NCBI GenBank assembly: GCA_947631575.1
Contig: CANRLW010000005.1
Coordinates: 4,264 to 68,263, forward strand
From: an uncultured Clostridia bacterium
GTDB lineage: Bacteria > Bacillota > Clostridia > Oscillospirales > Ruminococcaceae
Direction of reading: 5' to 3'
Length of the DNA: 64,000 bases
Shown one piece after another: positions 9,641 through 19,312 of the stretch (positions within the stretch are counted from its first letter, which is position 1; each line of letters begins with the position of its first letter). Below the pieces are notes generated by a model. The model was not told the origin of the DNA and did no database searches. It saw nothing but the letters and a program-made list of their open reading frames with translations. A program made the translations under genes and the position numbers.

Positions 9641-11044
9641 TTAGACAGGGTGAACTTTGTTCTGTTTATCCGCGTGAGCAGCGTCAATTCCAAGCTGCTT
9701 GTCGCGGCGCGTTTCAAAGAACTTCGGAGCAACCTTCGGGAACATCGCGTAGGTGAGGATATCCTCAACGGACGAGCCGTCGCACCACTCCTTTGCCTCT
9801 TCCTTCATCTGCTCGAACTCGGGTTCAAGCAGGTCTGCGGGACGGCAGGTTATAGGCTCTTCTGCGCCAAGTATCTTCTTTCTGAATTCGGGGTCGATCT
9901 CGACGGGCGTTCTTCCGTACTCACCCTTTACCATGCCCTTAAATTCCTTTGTAACGGTCTTATAGCGCTCGCCGGTGATAACGTTGAACACAGCCTGTGT
10001 GCCGACTATCTGGGAAGTAGGCGTTACTAGCGGCGGGAAACCCGAATCCTTGCGGACACGGGGAACTTCTTTAAGAACTTCTTCGAGTTGATCGGCTTTG
10101 CCTGCCTGCTTTAACTGTGAGAGCAGGTTTGAAAGCATTCCGCCGGGTACTTGATAAATAAGAGCCTTTGTGTTTGTAGCGAGCATTGACGGATCGAGCA
10201 GACCGCTGTCAATGTACTTCTTGCGAAGTCCCATAAAGTACTCTCTTATTTCGCCGAGAGCTACAAGGTCAATTCCCGTGTCGTATTCCGTTCCCATAAA
10301 CGTAGCTACTATGGACTCTGTAGGAGCGTGAGATGTTCCGAGCGCAAGCGGCGACATAGCTGTATCGACCATATCTACACCCGCCTCGACTGCCTTTAAT
10401 ATGCACATCGAGGCAAGACCGGACGTGTAGTGAGTGTGGAGCTGGATCGGAATTTTAACCGCGCTCTTTAAGTCCTTTACGAGCGTTTCAGCCTCATAAG
10501 GCGTGAGCAGAGCAGCCATATCCTTTATGCAGATAGAATCCGCGCCCGCGCTTTCGACCTGTTTCGCATAATCCATATAGTACTCGTGAGTGAAAACCTC
10601 GCCCGTTGTATACGAAATAGCGACCTGTGCATGGCCGTTTTCCTTTTTTGCCGCTTTGATAGCGGTTTCAAGGTTTCTGATATCGTTTAATGCGTCGAAA
10701 ATTCTGATGATGTCTATGCCGTTTGCAATAGACTTCTGAACGAAATATTCAACAAGATCGTCCGCATAGTGGCGATAGCCGAGCATATTCTGTCCTCTGA
10801 ACAGCATCTGGAGCTTGGTGTTGGGCATTTCCTTGCGGATAATGCGGAGTCTTTCCCACGGGTCTTCATTCAAAAAGCGTATGCAGGAATCAAACGTTGC
10901 TCCGCCCCAGCACTCTGCCGAATAAAATCCTATCTTGTCGAGTGCGGGAAGAATGGGGCGCATATCGTCTATGGACATTCTCGTAGCAAGAAGGCTCTGA
11001 TGTGCGTCGCGGAGAACGGTTTCCGTTATTTTCAGTTTAGCCAT
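9641..11044 (-). CDS. oadA: Oxaloacetate decarboxylase alpha / transcarboxylase 5S-like subunit (pyruvate carboxyltransferase, no biotin domain)
   Basis: LRDAHQSLLATRM, ECWGGATFD, IKDMA, HTHYTSG, YQVPGGMLSN, LVTPTSQIVG. Confidence 0.9.
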   Translation of the reverse strand: MAKLKITETVLRDAHQSLLATRMSIDDMRPILPALDKIGFYSAECWGGATFDSCIRFLNEDPWERLRIIRKEMPNTKLQMLFRGQNMLGYRHYADDLVEYFVQKSIANGIDIIRIFDALNDIRNLETAIKAAKKENGHAQVAISYTTGEVFTHEYYMDYAKQVESAGADSICIKDMAALLTPYEAETLVKDLKSAVKIPIQLHTHYTSGLASMCILKAVEAGVDMVDTAMSPLALGTSHAPTESIVATFMGTEYDTGIDLVALGEIREYFMGLRKKYIDSGLLDPSMLATNTKALIYQVPGGMLSNLLSQLKQAGKADQLEEVLKEVPRVRKDSGFPPLVTPTSQIVGTQAVFNVITGERYKTVTKEFKGMVKGEYGRTPVEIDPEFRKKILGAEEPITCRPADLLEPEFEQMKEEAKEWCDGSSVEDILTYAMFPKVAPKFFETRRDKQLGIDAAHADKQNKVHPV

Positions 11045-11054
11045 AAATATCTCC

Positions 11055-11408
11055 TTAGTTTATAGTGATAACAGCCGCGCCTGTTTCGATAGCGTCGCCC
11101 TTGTTTACGAGGACAGCCGCAACTGTGCCGTCCTTATCGCAGACGATATCGTTTTCCATTTTCATTGCCTCAAGAACAGCAACGACAGTGCCGTTTGTTA
11201 CCTTATCGCCGACCTTTACCTTGACCTCGACGATAGTTCCTCTCATGGGAGCGTTTATGGGAGTTCCGCCCGCAGCGGGAGCAGCGGCTTTTTTGGGAGC
11301 GGGAGCCGCCTTAGGGGCAGCCTTTGGAGCGGGAGCAGCGCCCTCTCCGCTTTCCTCAACGGTTACGTCATAAGCTGTGCCGTTTACTGTGATTACATAA
11401 TTTTTCAT
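11055..11408 (-). CDS. Biotin carboxyl carrier protein
   Basis: EAMKMEN biotinylation motif; Ala/Pro-rich linker. Confidence 0.92.
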   Translation of the reverse strand: MKNYVITVNGTAYDVTVEESGEGAAPAPKAAPKAAPAPKKAAAPAAGGTPINAPMRGTIVEVKVKVGDKVTNGTVVAVLEAMKMENDIVCDKDGTVAAVLVNKGDAIETGAAVITIN

Positions 11409-11432
11409 TTTATATACCTCTCTGTATTTTTA

Positions 11433-12761
11433 TCAAAGCGACAAATTCGCGTGTTTTCTGTGCGGAGCATTCTCGCGTTTTCCCGAATACAAGTCTATCG
11501 CGCTGAATACTGCCTCATAAGAATCGGCGGGATCTATGACCGACCCAACAAGCCCCGTTTCTGCCGCGGCAAATGCGGAGGTGTCCTGCTCCTCGCCGGC
11601 AAATACTTTCAAAGCCTCGGAGTTCATCGGAGCGATCTCCGCGCCGTCCCATGCTATGGTGATATCCGCGCTGTTGAGTGCGGCAAACGCCGCGCCGAAA
11701 GCCTTTCCCGTAACGAGGTTTATCTTTGCGGTAGTTGCGTTTGCGTATACCTGTGCAAGGCGCGCGCAATCGCGGATACTTCCCGCAAGCTCTGCCGCGC
11801 TGCTGCCCTCAAAGCCCTCCGTATTGACAACAGTCACAACGGGGATAGAGAATGCGTCTGCAAATTCTACAAACTTTGCTATCTTCGCGCAATCTGCGGC
11901 TGTGAGCTTTTCAGCCTTATCGGTAGTAACAAATGCTGTCGTATTTGAATTTATTGCGGCAAGAGCCGTAACTGCCGCTTTTCCGAACTTTTCGCCAAGC
12001 TCTATATCAACGCCCTTGTCGGAGAAAGCCTTTACAAGCTCCATTCCCTTTGCGGAAACGGAAATGCTGCCGTCGGAGGGTTCTGCCTCCAAATAGCAAA
12101 AAGGCACGTCGAGATTGTTTGCGGGGAGCATAGCAAGGAGCGTCTGCGCCTTCTTTACCGCGTCAGCATTGTCCTTTGCAATTATCTGGCACACGCCCGC
12201 TTTTGCGGCGTTTTCGGCAGTACCCGCGCCCGAAAGTTTTCCGTCTTCGTTGTTGAACGGAGAAGTAAGGAAAACCTCGCTCTTTTCCGTTGCTATAACG
12301 ATATCCGCCGTAGCCGCGAGCATTGCCGCGCAGCCCGCGCAAACGCCCGTAATTACCGCTATCTGCGGAACAACTCCCGACAGCTTTGCGGAGGCGGAGA
12401 GTATCTCGGTATAATCCGCAAGAACGCTCATTCCCTCGCCTATATCGCCGCCCTTTGAATCATAAAAACCAACGACGGGGTTCCCCGCTTTTGCCGCAGC
12501 CTCATAAACGCGCTTTATCTTTTTTGACGCGTACTTGTCCACAGCGCCGCTTTTTACGCTTACGTCCTGAGCAAACGCGAAAACGTTCGCTCCGTTGACA
12601 TTTCCATATCCCGCGACAACAGAACTTGTTTCCTTGTCAGCAGCAAGGAACTTATCCGTTTCCGTAAATGTTCCCTCATCGAAAAACTCAGCGAGCCTTT
12701 TTCTCGCGTCGCTGTCAGGAACATTCTGTTCCATTTCAGCCAACGTTTTTTTCAATGCCAT
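11433..12761 (-). CDS. Acyl-CoA carboxylase/decarboxylase carboxyltransferase subunit
   Basis: DSKGGDI, SGVVPQIAVITGVCAG, FADAFSIPVVTVVNTEGF, GKAFGAA, RKHANL. Confidence 0.85.
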   Translation of the reverse strand: MALKKTLAEMEQNVPDSDARKRLAEFFDEGTFTETDKFLAADKETSSVVAGYGNVNGANVFAFAQDVSVKSGAVDKYASKKIKRVYEAAAKAGNPVVGFYDSKGGDIGEGMSVLADYTEILSASAKLSGVVPQIAVITGVCAGCAAMLAATADIVIATEKSEVFLTSPFNNEDGKLSGAGTAENAAKAGVCQIIAKDNADAVKKAQTLLAMLPANNLDVPFCYLEAEPSDGSISVSAKGMELVKAFSDKGVDIELGEKFGKAAVTALAAINSNTTAFVTTDKAEKLTAADCAKIAKFVEFADAFSIPVVTVVNTEGFEGSSAAELAGSIRDCARLAQVYANATTAKINLVTGKAFGAAFAALNSADITIAWDGAEIAPMNSEALKVFAGEEQDTSAFAAAETGLVGSVIDPADSYEAVFSAIDLYSGKRENAPHRKHANLSL

Positions 12762-12984
12762 AATCTTCCTCCTATTTAAAATATGAACCCTGAATAATTG
12801 TAATAAATTTCCATTGGCTCACAAAAATATCCACGTTAATTATACTACATCTTTCGGCAAATAACAAGGCATTTTTTTCATTAAACTGTTTTTTTACGTT
12901 TTGATAAAATTTATCTTCAATTTTTTGTGCAATCCGCATAAAGACAAGCTGCCGCTTACTACTTCCCTATAACCGCTTAACTCT

Positions 12985-13298
12985 AAAACGTTATTTCTCT
13001 CAATTACGCACACTCACCCTATCCCCCTGCCCCCTTCCCCGATGGGGAAGGGGGAGAGTGCGGGGCGCTGCGCGCCCTGCGACCCCGTAGACAGTTGACA
13101 GTAGACAATGTACAGTAGTCAGTAAAAGGAACACCCGCCTTGCGGCGGGTAGGATTTAGATTGTTTTAAGTCAACAGGCACACGAGCCTTACCTTTACGA
13201 TTGCACTTCAAAACGTTTCATTCCGATAACAATCTAAATATTGTCCGCAAAGCGGACACATAAACTGTACACTTTACACTGTAAACTGTATACTGTCA
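12985..13298. repeat. Composite repeat locus: module B plus 212-bp element with inverted heptamer arms
   Basis: GTAGACA GTTGACA GTAGACA ATGTACA GTAGTCA (13087-13121) and ACTGTAC ACTTTAC ACTGTAA ACTGTAT ACTGTCA (13264-13298); internal CCCGCC-TTGC-GGCGGG and GTCCGC-AAA-GCGGAC hairpins. Confidence 0.85.
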
Positions 13299-13607
13299 AC
13301 ACGGTGTAGCAAAAAACGCCTCAATGCTCTCTATCTCGGGCTTATCGCCGATAAAGCGCAGCCGCCTTAAAAGCTCCGTATGCTCGGGCAACTCGAACCT
13401 TGCCTTGTCTATCCCGTGCAGGTTCATCAAATTCAATATCGCGCGTATAAGTCCGTCCGCCATAAACTCGTCACACGAAAGCTCGTCAATAACGAACGTA
13501 TCGATCCCGTCCAGCCTTCCCGCAATGCGTCCGAGTTCTACGCCGTTTTCACGGGCGATATACTCTATCTTGTCAAGATTTTCCTTGTTCTGAATAATTT
13601 CTATCAT
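13296..13607 (-). CDS. Hypothetical protein
   Basis: 103-aa ORF co-oriented with and 9 bp downstream of rluB; RBS AGGT. Confidence 0.7.
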   Translation of the reverse strand: MIEIIQNKENLDKIEYIARENGVELGRIAGRLDGIDTFVIDELSCDEFMADGLIRAILNLMNLHGIDKARFELPEHTELLRRLRFIGDKPEIESIEAFFATPC

Positions 13608-13616
13608 AAACTTTTG

Positions 13617-14354
13617 TTACCTTTTGCTTTTTCCTATCGAAGAACGTAAAATGCGAAGTTCTTCTTTTGTAAGGTCGCGCCATTCGCCGGGCTTTAACAT
13701 TCCGAGCTTTACGCCGCCTATTGCAGTTCTGCGAAGTCTGCCGACTTTAAGTCCAACCGTTTCGCACATTCTGCGTATCTGCCTGTTAAGTCCCTGTTTT
13801 ATCACAAAGCGCAGAACCGTGCGCTCCGACTCCTCTGAAAGCACCTCTACTTTACAGGGGAAAGTCCTTTCCCCGCCGTCAAGCTCTACTCCTCCCGAAA
13901 GCTTTGAAAGCTGTTCGTCGGTGACATTTCCGTCAATTGTAACGCGGTAGACCTTGCTGACATGGTGAGAGGGGTGGGTTATTTCATTGGCAAATTGCCC
14001 GTCATTTGTAAACAGCAAAAGCCCCTCGGAATTTCTGTCCAGTCTTCCAACGGGGAAAACACGCTCCTCTACGCCCGTGAGCAGCTCGGAGGCTATTTTT
14101 CTTCCCTGTTCGTCGCTCATTGTAACGACATATCCGCGCGGCTTGTTCAGCATTATGTAACGCCGCTCGGGAAGAGCGGCGGAAAGTCTTTCTCCGCAGA
14201 CCGCTATAACATCATTCTGCGGGTCTGCCTTATCGCCGAGCGAACATTTTCTGCCGTTTACGGTGACTTCTCCCGAAGAAATAAGCTCCTCCGCTTTTCT
14301 TCTGGAGCAATAGCCGCTGTCGGCGATTATCTTTTGTATTCTGATAGGTTCCAT
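13617..14354 (-). CDS. rluB: rRNA pseudouridine synthase (RluB/RsuA family)
   Basis: S4 domain SRRKAEELI, NKPRGYV, PVGRLDRNSEGLL, GLNRQIRRMC. Confidence 0.92.
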   Translation of the reverse strand: MEPIRIQKIIADSGYCSRRKAEELISSGEVTVNGRKCSLGDKADPQNDVIAVCGERLSAALPERRYIMLNKPRGYVVTMSDEQGRKIASELLTGVEERVFPVGRLDRNSEGLLLFTNDGQFANEITHPSHHVSKVYRVTIDGNVTDEQLSKLSGGVELDGGERTFPCKVEVLSEESERTVLRFVIKQGLNRQIRRMCETVGLKVGRLRRTAIGGVKLGMLKPGEWRDLTKEELRILRSSIGKSKR

Positions 14355-14374
14355 ATTTCACCTTAGTTATTCAT

Positions 14375-15490
14375 TTAAGCGTATATGCCGAAGAATGACA
14401 ATATCTTCTGCCAAAGGCTGAGTTCGCTTTTTACTTCTATCGTTTCTTTTGCAAGGAGCGGAACGGTCTTTACAACTTTCCCGTCAAGCAAAAATTGCAG
14501 CTCGCCGAGTTTCTGACCCTGTTTAACGCCGCCGTAGACCATTCTCGGAAGGGCAACGCGCCGTTCGAGCTTTTGGCGGTTTTCGGGCGTAAGTGAAAGC
14601 TCCGCGCTTTCGGCGAATACTCCGACCGACCTTCCCGAACCTACTACTGCCGTCTGCGCATTACAGCCCGTTTCAAGCGGATAATTCCTGACCACCGAAA
14701 AACCGTAGTCAAGCATCTTTGTATGGTCGTTCCAGTCGTCGGGGGCGTTCAGCGTTACGGCAATAAGCGTAACTCCGTTTCTCTCTGCGGCGGACACAAG
14801 ACAGCGCCTGGCGTTGTCTGTAAAGCCTGTTTTTATGCCTATTGCGCCCTCATAATTCGATAGCATTTTATTTGAATTGTACAACGTGCGCGGATAGGGC
14901 GGGTTTCCAAACTCAAGCTTTTTGGACTTAGAGCTTACGATCTCTCTGAAAGTTTCGTTTTTCATTGCATAAGCCGCAAGCGCCGCAAGATCCCGCGCGG
15001 TCGTATAATGCCCGTCTGCGTCAAGACCGGAGGGCGTAACAAAATGCGTATTGCTAAGTCCGAGGACTTGGGCTTTTTCGTTCATCATCTTTACGAAAGC
15101 GGGAATACTTCCTCCGACCGAAACAGCCGCGGCGTTTGCCGCGTCATTTCCCGAAGGCAGCAATATCCCGTAGAGCAAGTCTCTGCGGGAAACGCGGTCG
15201 CCCTCTTGTAAGCCCATTGACGTGCCTTCGACCATTATCGCATAGCTGTCAACGGTGAACTCTTTGTCTAAGTCGCCCGCCTCAATGGTCAGTATGGCAG
15301 TCATTATTTTGGTAGTAGACGCCATTGCCCGCCGTTCGTCGGCGTTCTTTTCGCTTATGACCGCTCCCGTTTCGGATTCTATAAGGATAGCGCTAACAGC
15401 GGAAGACGCGCTCTCGGCGCTTGCTCCTATTCCCGAAAGGCAGCCGAAAAATATCGAATTTGCAAGTAACAGCGCAACAATTTTTTTCAT
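14375..15490 (-). CDS. dacB: D-alanyl-D-alanine carboxypeptidase (PBP5 family, DacB-like)
   Basis: SxxK (ASTTK), SGN, KTG motifs; signal peptide; ytfI/ytfJ context. Confidence 0.85.
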   Translation of the reverse strand: MKKIVALLLANSIFFGCLSGIGASAESASSAVSAILIESETGAVISEKNADERRAMASTTKIMTAILTIEAGDLDKEFTVDSYAIMVEGTSMGLQEGDRVSRRDLLYGILLPSGNDAANAAAVSVGGSIPAFVKMMNEKAQVLGLSNTHFVTPSGLDADGHYTTARDLAALAAYAMKNETFREIVSSKSKKLEFGNPPYPRTLYNSNKMLSNYEGAIGIKTGFTDNARRCLVSAAERNGVTLIAVTLNAPDDWNDHTKMLDYGFSVVRNYPLETGCNAQTAVVGSGRSVGVFAESAELSLTPENRQKLERRVALPRMVYGGVKQGQKLGELQFLLDGKVVKTVPLLAKETIEVKSELSLWQKILSFFGIYA

Positions 15491-15564
15491 AATAAACACA
15501 CTCCGCAAAAAATTATTTTCACGGATAGTGTGTGTTTATTTCGGGAAAATATTCCTTTTAAAAA

Positions 15565-15996
15565 TTATTCGGCAGGATTTTCTGCGCTTTCGATCTTTGC
15601 TTTTTCCTCTGCCGCCTTCTTTTCAGCCTTTGCAGCCTTCTTGTCAGCGAGGAACGCCTTTATCTTTTCAACTACTCCCGGAAGAGCGTCCATAACTCCG
15701 TCGAGCGGACTTCCCTTTGCGCCAAGCTCCATAAGCTGAACATCGCCGTCAGCCTTTATGACGATAAACGCAACGGGCTTTACCGTAACGCCTGCGCCCG
15801 AACCTCCCGCAAACTTTTCAGCCGCCTGTACGGGCAGATCGCTGCCGCCCGAGGCAAAACCAAACGCAACCTTTGAAACGGGGATTATAGTAGCTCCGTC
15901 TGCCGTTATCGGTTCTCCGATAATGGTGTTTACGTCTACCATTTCGCGTATCTTCTGCATGGAAACGTCAAGTATACCTTCAATAGGATTTGCCAT
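15565..15996 (-). CDS. ytfJ: Sporulation protein YtfJ/GerW family
   Basis: DVNTIIGEPI, IIPVSKVAFGFASGG, GGSGAGVTVKPVAF. Confidence 0.9.
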   Translation of the reverse strand: MANPIEGILDVSMQKIREMVDVNTIIGEPITADGATIIPVSKVAFGFASGGSDLPVQAAEKFAGGSGAGVTVKPVAFIVIKADGDVQLMELGAKGSPLDGVMDALPGVVEKIKAFLADKKAAKAEKKAAEEKAKIESAENPAE

Positions 15997-16046
15997 AATA
16001 AAAACTCCTCTCAAAATTTTTCATTGTATCAAAACGGGATATCCGT

Positions 16047-16682
16047 TCAGACCAGTTTTTTTACCGCCGTGCGAGCGCCCTTGCCTGTGATGAAATTCTT
16101 TATTACCCTGCCGATAAGCGTAAATGCAAACGCGAATGCCGCCGCAACTGTGAGCTTTACTTCTACATAAGCGTCAGCAGTTGTTTCCTCGCTTTCAAAG
16201 TCCACATTTACCGAAAGCTTGTCCACGGGCTTTAAAGTAAATATCGTATCGAACCAGCCGAGAAGATTTCCTATCGCCATATTTACCGCGCCATAGGTTA
16301 TCGCGGCTTTTGCGGCGTCCTCTCCCCCGCACACTATATCCAAAGAAAGATGTGAAATTTCAACGCGCTTTAATATCTTTCTCAGCGGCTTTCCTATACT
16401 GTTCAGCGCGAGCTTTGCAAGCGCTAAGATATCGTCGAGATTAAGAGATATTTTCTTCTTCGGTTTTTCCTCCTCGTCTTCGGCTTTTTCTTCCTTCGGC
16501 TTTTTGGGCTTTTTCGGCTTTTTTTCCTTCTTCGGTTTTGTTGAGGGCAGCGTCAGGATCGGGAAAAACATATATTTTATTTTCAGGATAAAGTCTTCAC
16601 TATAGTCGGCTGTTATCTGCACCCTTCCGAGCGTAAGCAGGAGAATGATAATAAAAATAATGCCGGCAATTATCCAACCCAA
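16047..16682 (-). CDS. YtfI / DUF2953-like membrane protein
   Basis: N-terminal TM, DAAKAAITYG motif, directly upstream of ytfJ. Confidence 0.75.
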   Translation of the reverse strand: MGWIIAGIIFIIILLLTLGRVQITADYSEDFILKIKYMFFPILTLPSTKPKKEKKPKKPKKPKEEKAEDEEEKPKKKISLNLDDILALAKLALNSIGKPLRKILKRVEISHLSLDIVCGGEDAAKAAITYGAVNMAIGNLLGWFDTIFTLKPVDKLSVNVDFESEETTADAYVEVKLTVAAAFAFAFTLIGRVIKNFITGKGARTAVKKLV

Positions 16683-16711
16683 AACGATCCCTCCTTTCCA
16701 AAAAACGCTTT

Positions 16712-17269
16712 TTAAAACTCGTCGTTTTCGTAATCGTCAAGACTAAGCTGGTCGGTACTTCCCGGAATGGGAGGCAGTCCGTCCAGACCGTTTAAACCGA
16801 AACACCTCAGAAAATTTTCCGTTGTCCTGTATGCAATGGGCTTTCCGGGTATGTCGTTCATTCTGCCGTGTTCTTCGAGCAGGTTGCGCTCCGTCAGGCT
16901 CTTTACAACTCCAGAACTGTCCACCCCACGGATCTGGTCTATAAATCCCCTTGTCACGGGCTGATTATACGCGACTATCGCCAACACCTCGAGCGCCGCC
17001 TGTGACAGTGGAGCTTGTCTGCGCGTTTCAACGGCGGATTTTATATAGCGCGAATATTCCGCTTTTGTCATCATCTGATAACAACTTCCGAGCTTTGCTA
17101 TTTCAAACGCGCTTTTTTGCTCGCGATAACGGTCGTTTAATCGCTCGATAACGCGAACCGTTACTTCTTCTTCAAGCTCACAAGCCTGCGCCAGCTTTTC
17201 AAGCTCTATCGGCTCTCCCACGGCAAACAAAACCGCCTCTACCGCCGACATTCCCTCCGAAAACTTCAT
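16712..17269 (-). CDS. scpB: SMC-ScpAB complex subunit ScpB
   Basis: EAVLFA, LSQAALEVLAIVAYNQPVTRG, YRTTENFLRCFGL. Confidence 0.95.
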   Translation of the reverse strand: MKFSEGMSAVEAVLFAVGEPIELEKLAQACELEEEVTVRVIERLNDRYREQKSAFEIAKLGSCYQMMTKAEYSRYIKSAVETRRQAPLSQAALEVLAIVAYNQPVTRGFIDQIRGVDSSGVVKSLTERNLLEEHGRMNDIPGKPIAYRTTENFLRCFGLNGLDGLPPIPGSTDQLSLDDYENDEF

Positions 17270-17967
17270 TTTTTCTCCTTTTCGGGAATAAGGCTCATGC
17301 TTTCGCCGTCGTCGGAAATATAAACTCTTCCCGACTTTGAAAGCTCCAATATCGCAAGAAACATCGACACTCTCTGCGAGCGCGTATGCCCCTTATAAAC
17401 GTCCTCTATCCTTACCGTTTTATTTTTCCTCAGCGCTTTTAATACCGTCATTATCCCCGTAAACACCGTTACATACGGTTTTGCCACAATGGGCGTTACG
17501 GAACGCGGAGCCTCTGTTCTTCTCCTTATGCGCTCGGATATTGCGCCGTATGCCGAGGTTATTTCCTCGGGCTGGTGGGTGCGGCGATAGGAACTGTCAA
17601 CTTCTATCTCGGTCTGCTTTCTGACAAAAACGTCATCTCCGCGCCACCTTGTTTTCAGCTTTTCAGCCATTGTCTTGCAGAGTGCGTATTCAATCAGCGC
17701 GCCCTGCAGCTCTTTTTTCATCTTTTCGGCCTCGTCCTTAGGCAACAGTGCCGCCGATTTTATCAGGATAAGCCGCGCCGCCATTTCGAGAAAATCGGAA
17801 GTTACTTCCATATCCTCGTCTGTCATTCTTTCGAGATAAATGAGAAACTGCTCTAAAAGCACCGATATCTCTATGTCCTGTATGTTCAGCTTGTGCTTTT
17901 GTATAAGCGACAAGAGCACATCAAGCGGACCCTCGAACTGCTCTAACTTGAAATTCAGCTCTACCAT
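17266..17967 (-). CDS. scpA: SMC-ScpAB complex subunit ScpA
   Basis: FEGPLDVLLSLI, DFLEMAARLILIKS, FLAILEL. Confidence 0.95.
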   Translation of the reverse strand: MVELNFKLEQFEGPLDVLLSLIQKHKLNIQDIEISVLLEQFLIYLERMTDEDMEVTSDFLEMAARLILIKSAALLPKDEAEKMKKELQGALIEYALCKTMAEKLKTRWRGDDVFVRKQTEIEVDSSYRRTHQPEEITSAYGAISERIRRRTEAPRSVTPIVAKPYVTVFTGIMTVLKALRKNKTVRIEDVYKGHTRSQRVSMFLAILELSKSGRVYISDDGESMSLIPEKEKK

Positions 17968-17968
17968 G

Positions 17969-18685
17969 CTATTTTATAAATAAAAGTGGGAGCTCAAGCA
18001 GATACATTACCCCGTTTGCCGCCATACTCAAAGGTATAGAAAGAAGACCGGAGAATATGATGACAAGGACAATTATCTGTATAACTCTGCCGTTGCGCTC
18101 CATAAAATAGAGAGCCTTTCCCGGCAGGAACGACGCAAGAACGTGATATCCGTCAAAAGGAGGAATGGGGATAAGGTTAAATATAGCCAGACCAACATTT
18201 ATCCGCGCGGCATAATATAGCATCTCCGAAATCAAAAACATTGTATCCGACAGCTGATTTACCGCCTGAACAAGAAGAATTCTGTACGGGATAAGCAGGA
18301 TAAACGCCATAAGCAGGTTTGAAAGAGGGCCAGCAAGAGAAATAAGCACGTTTGCAGTTCGGATAGGCACTTTCCTGCACTTCGCGAGATTTACGGGTGT
18401 AGGCTTTGCATAGCCGATATTGCAGATAAATATCATAAGCGCACCTATCCAGTCAATATGCGCGAAGGGATTTAATGTAACTCGTCCTTCCCTTTCCGCC
18501 GTATCGTCGCCGCAGAGCTTTGCAACAAGCGCATGAGCGCACTCGTGAACTGGAAAGCAGACGAATATAACTATAAGATCGGCGAAGATCGAGATTATAA
18601 GCGTGAAAACAGATACCTGTCCCGCAAGGCAATATATTAAATTTGTAGCAGAACTGTTCAAATCGTTCTCCTCCATATTATTCAT
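17969..18685 (-). CDS. Site-2 protease family (M50) membrane metalloprotease
   Basis: HECAH zinc motif, TLNPFAHID, AGPLSN, FNLIPIPPFDG. Confidence 0.9.
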   Translation of the reverse strand: MNNMEENDLNSSATNLIYCLAGQVSVFTLIISIFADLIVIFVCFPVHECAHALVAKLCGDDTAEREGRVTLNPFAHIDWIGALMIFICNIGYAKPTPVNLAKCRKVPIRTANVLISLAGPLSNLLMAFILLIPYRILLVQAVNQLSDTMFLISEMLYYAARINVGLAIFNLIPIPPFDGYHVLASFLPGKALYFMERNGRVIQIIVLVIIFSGLLSIPLSMAANGVMYLLELPLLFIK

Positions 18686-18808
18686 TGATATACATTTTAT
18701 ATTATAACACGCTTTATTGATTTTTTCAAGTGCTTTTTCCTTGACAAAGGTGAAAATTTATGTTAAAATAGGTAATGTGAATTTTATCGGTAATTGCAGG
18801 TGAATGTA

Positions 18809-19231
18809 TTGAGAATAATGTCTGTGGACTATGGCGACAGCCGCACGGGTCTTGCGATAAGCGACAAAAGCGAAATATTAGCGTCTCCGCTCGTGACAGT
18901 GTACGAAAAGGACTTTGACAGGTGTATAGAAACCGTCGCGGAAAATGCCGCAAAAAACGGCGCGGAGCTTATAGTTGTGGGCGACCCGATAAATATGAAC
19001 GGCACAAGAGGTCCCCGCTCGGAAAAATGCAGGCTGTTCGCTGATAAGCTGAAAGAGAAAACCGGGCTTGAGGTCGTTATGTGGGACGAGCGGTCTACGA
19101 CCGTTTCGGCTATCTCGATAATGAACGAAAACAACAAGCGCGGCAAAAAGCGCAAGGACGCTTTAGACCAAGCGGCAGCGGCTATTATTCTCGAAAGTTA
19201 TCTTGCATACAGAAAAAATCAGGGTAAATAA
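18809..19231 (+). CDS. yqgF: YqgF/RuvX family pre-16S rRNA nuclease
   Basis: SVDYGDSRTGLAISD, VVGDP, WDERSTT, DQAAAAIILESYL; likely TTG start at 18809. Confidence 0.92.
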   Translation: MRIMSVDYGDSRTGLAISDKSEILASPLVTVYEKDFDRCIETVAENAAKNGAELIVVGDPINMNGTRGPRSEKCRLFADKLKEKTGLEVVMWDERSTTVSAISIMNENNKRGKKRKDALDQAAAAIILESYLAYRKNQGK

Positions 19232-19312
19232 GTTTTGTTATTGACAGTTATACACAAGTCGTGTTATAATGTCATTGTAATAAAATGTTAAAAATTTCCG
19301 GAGGTAGAAAAA

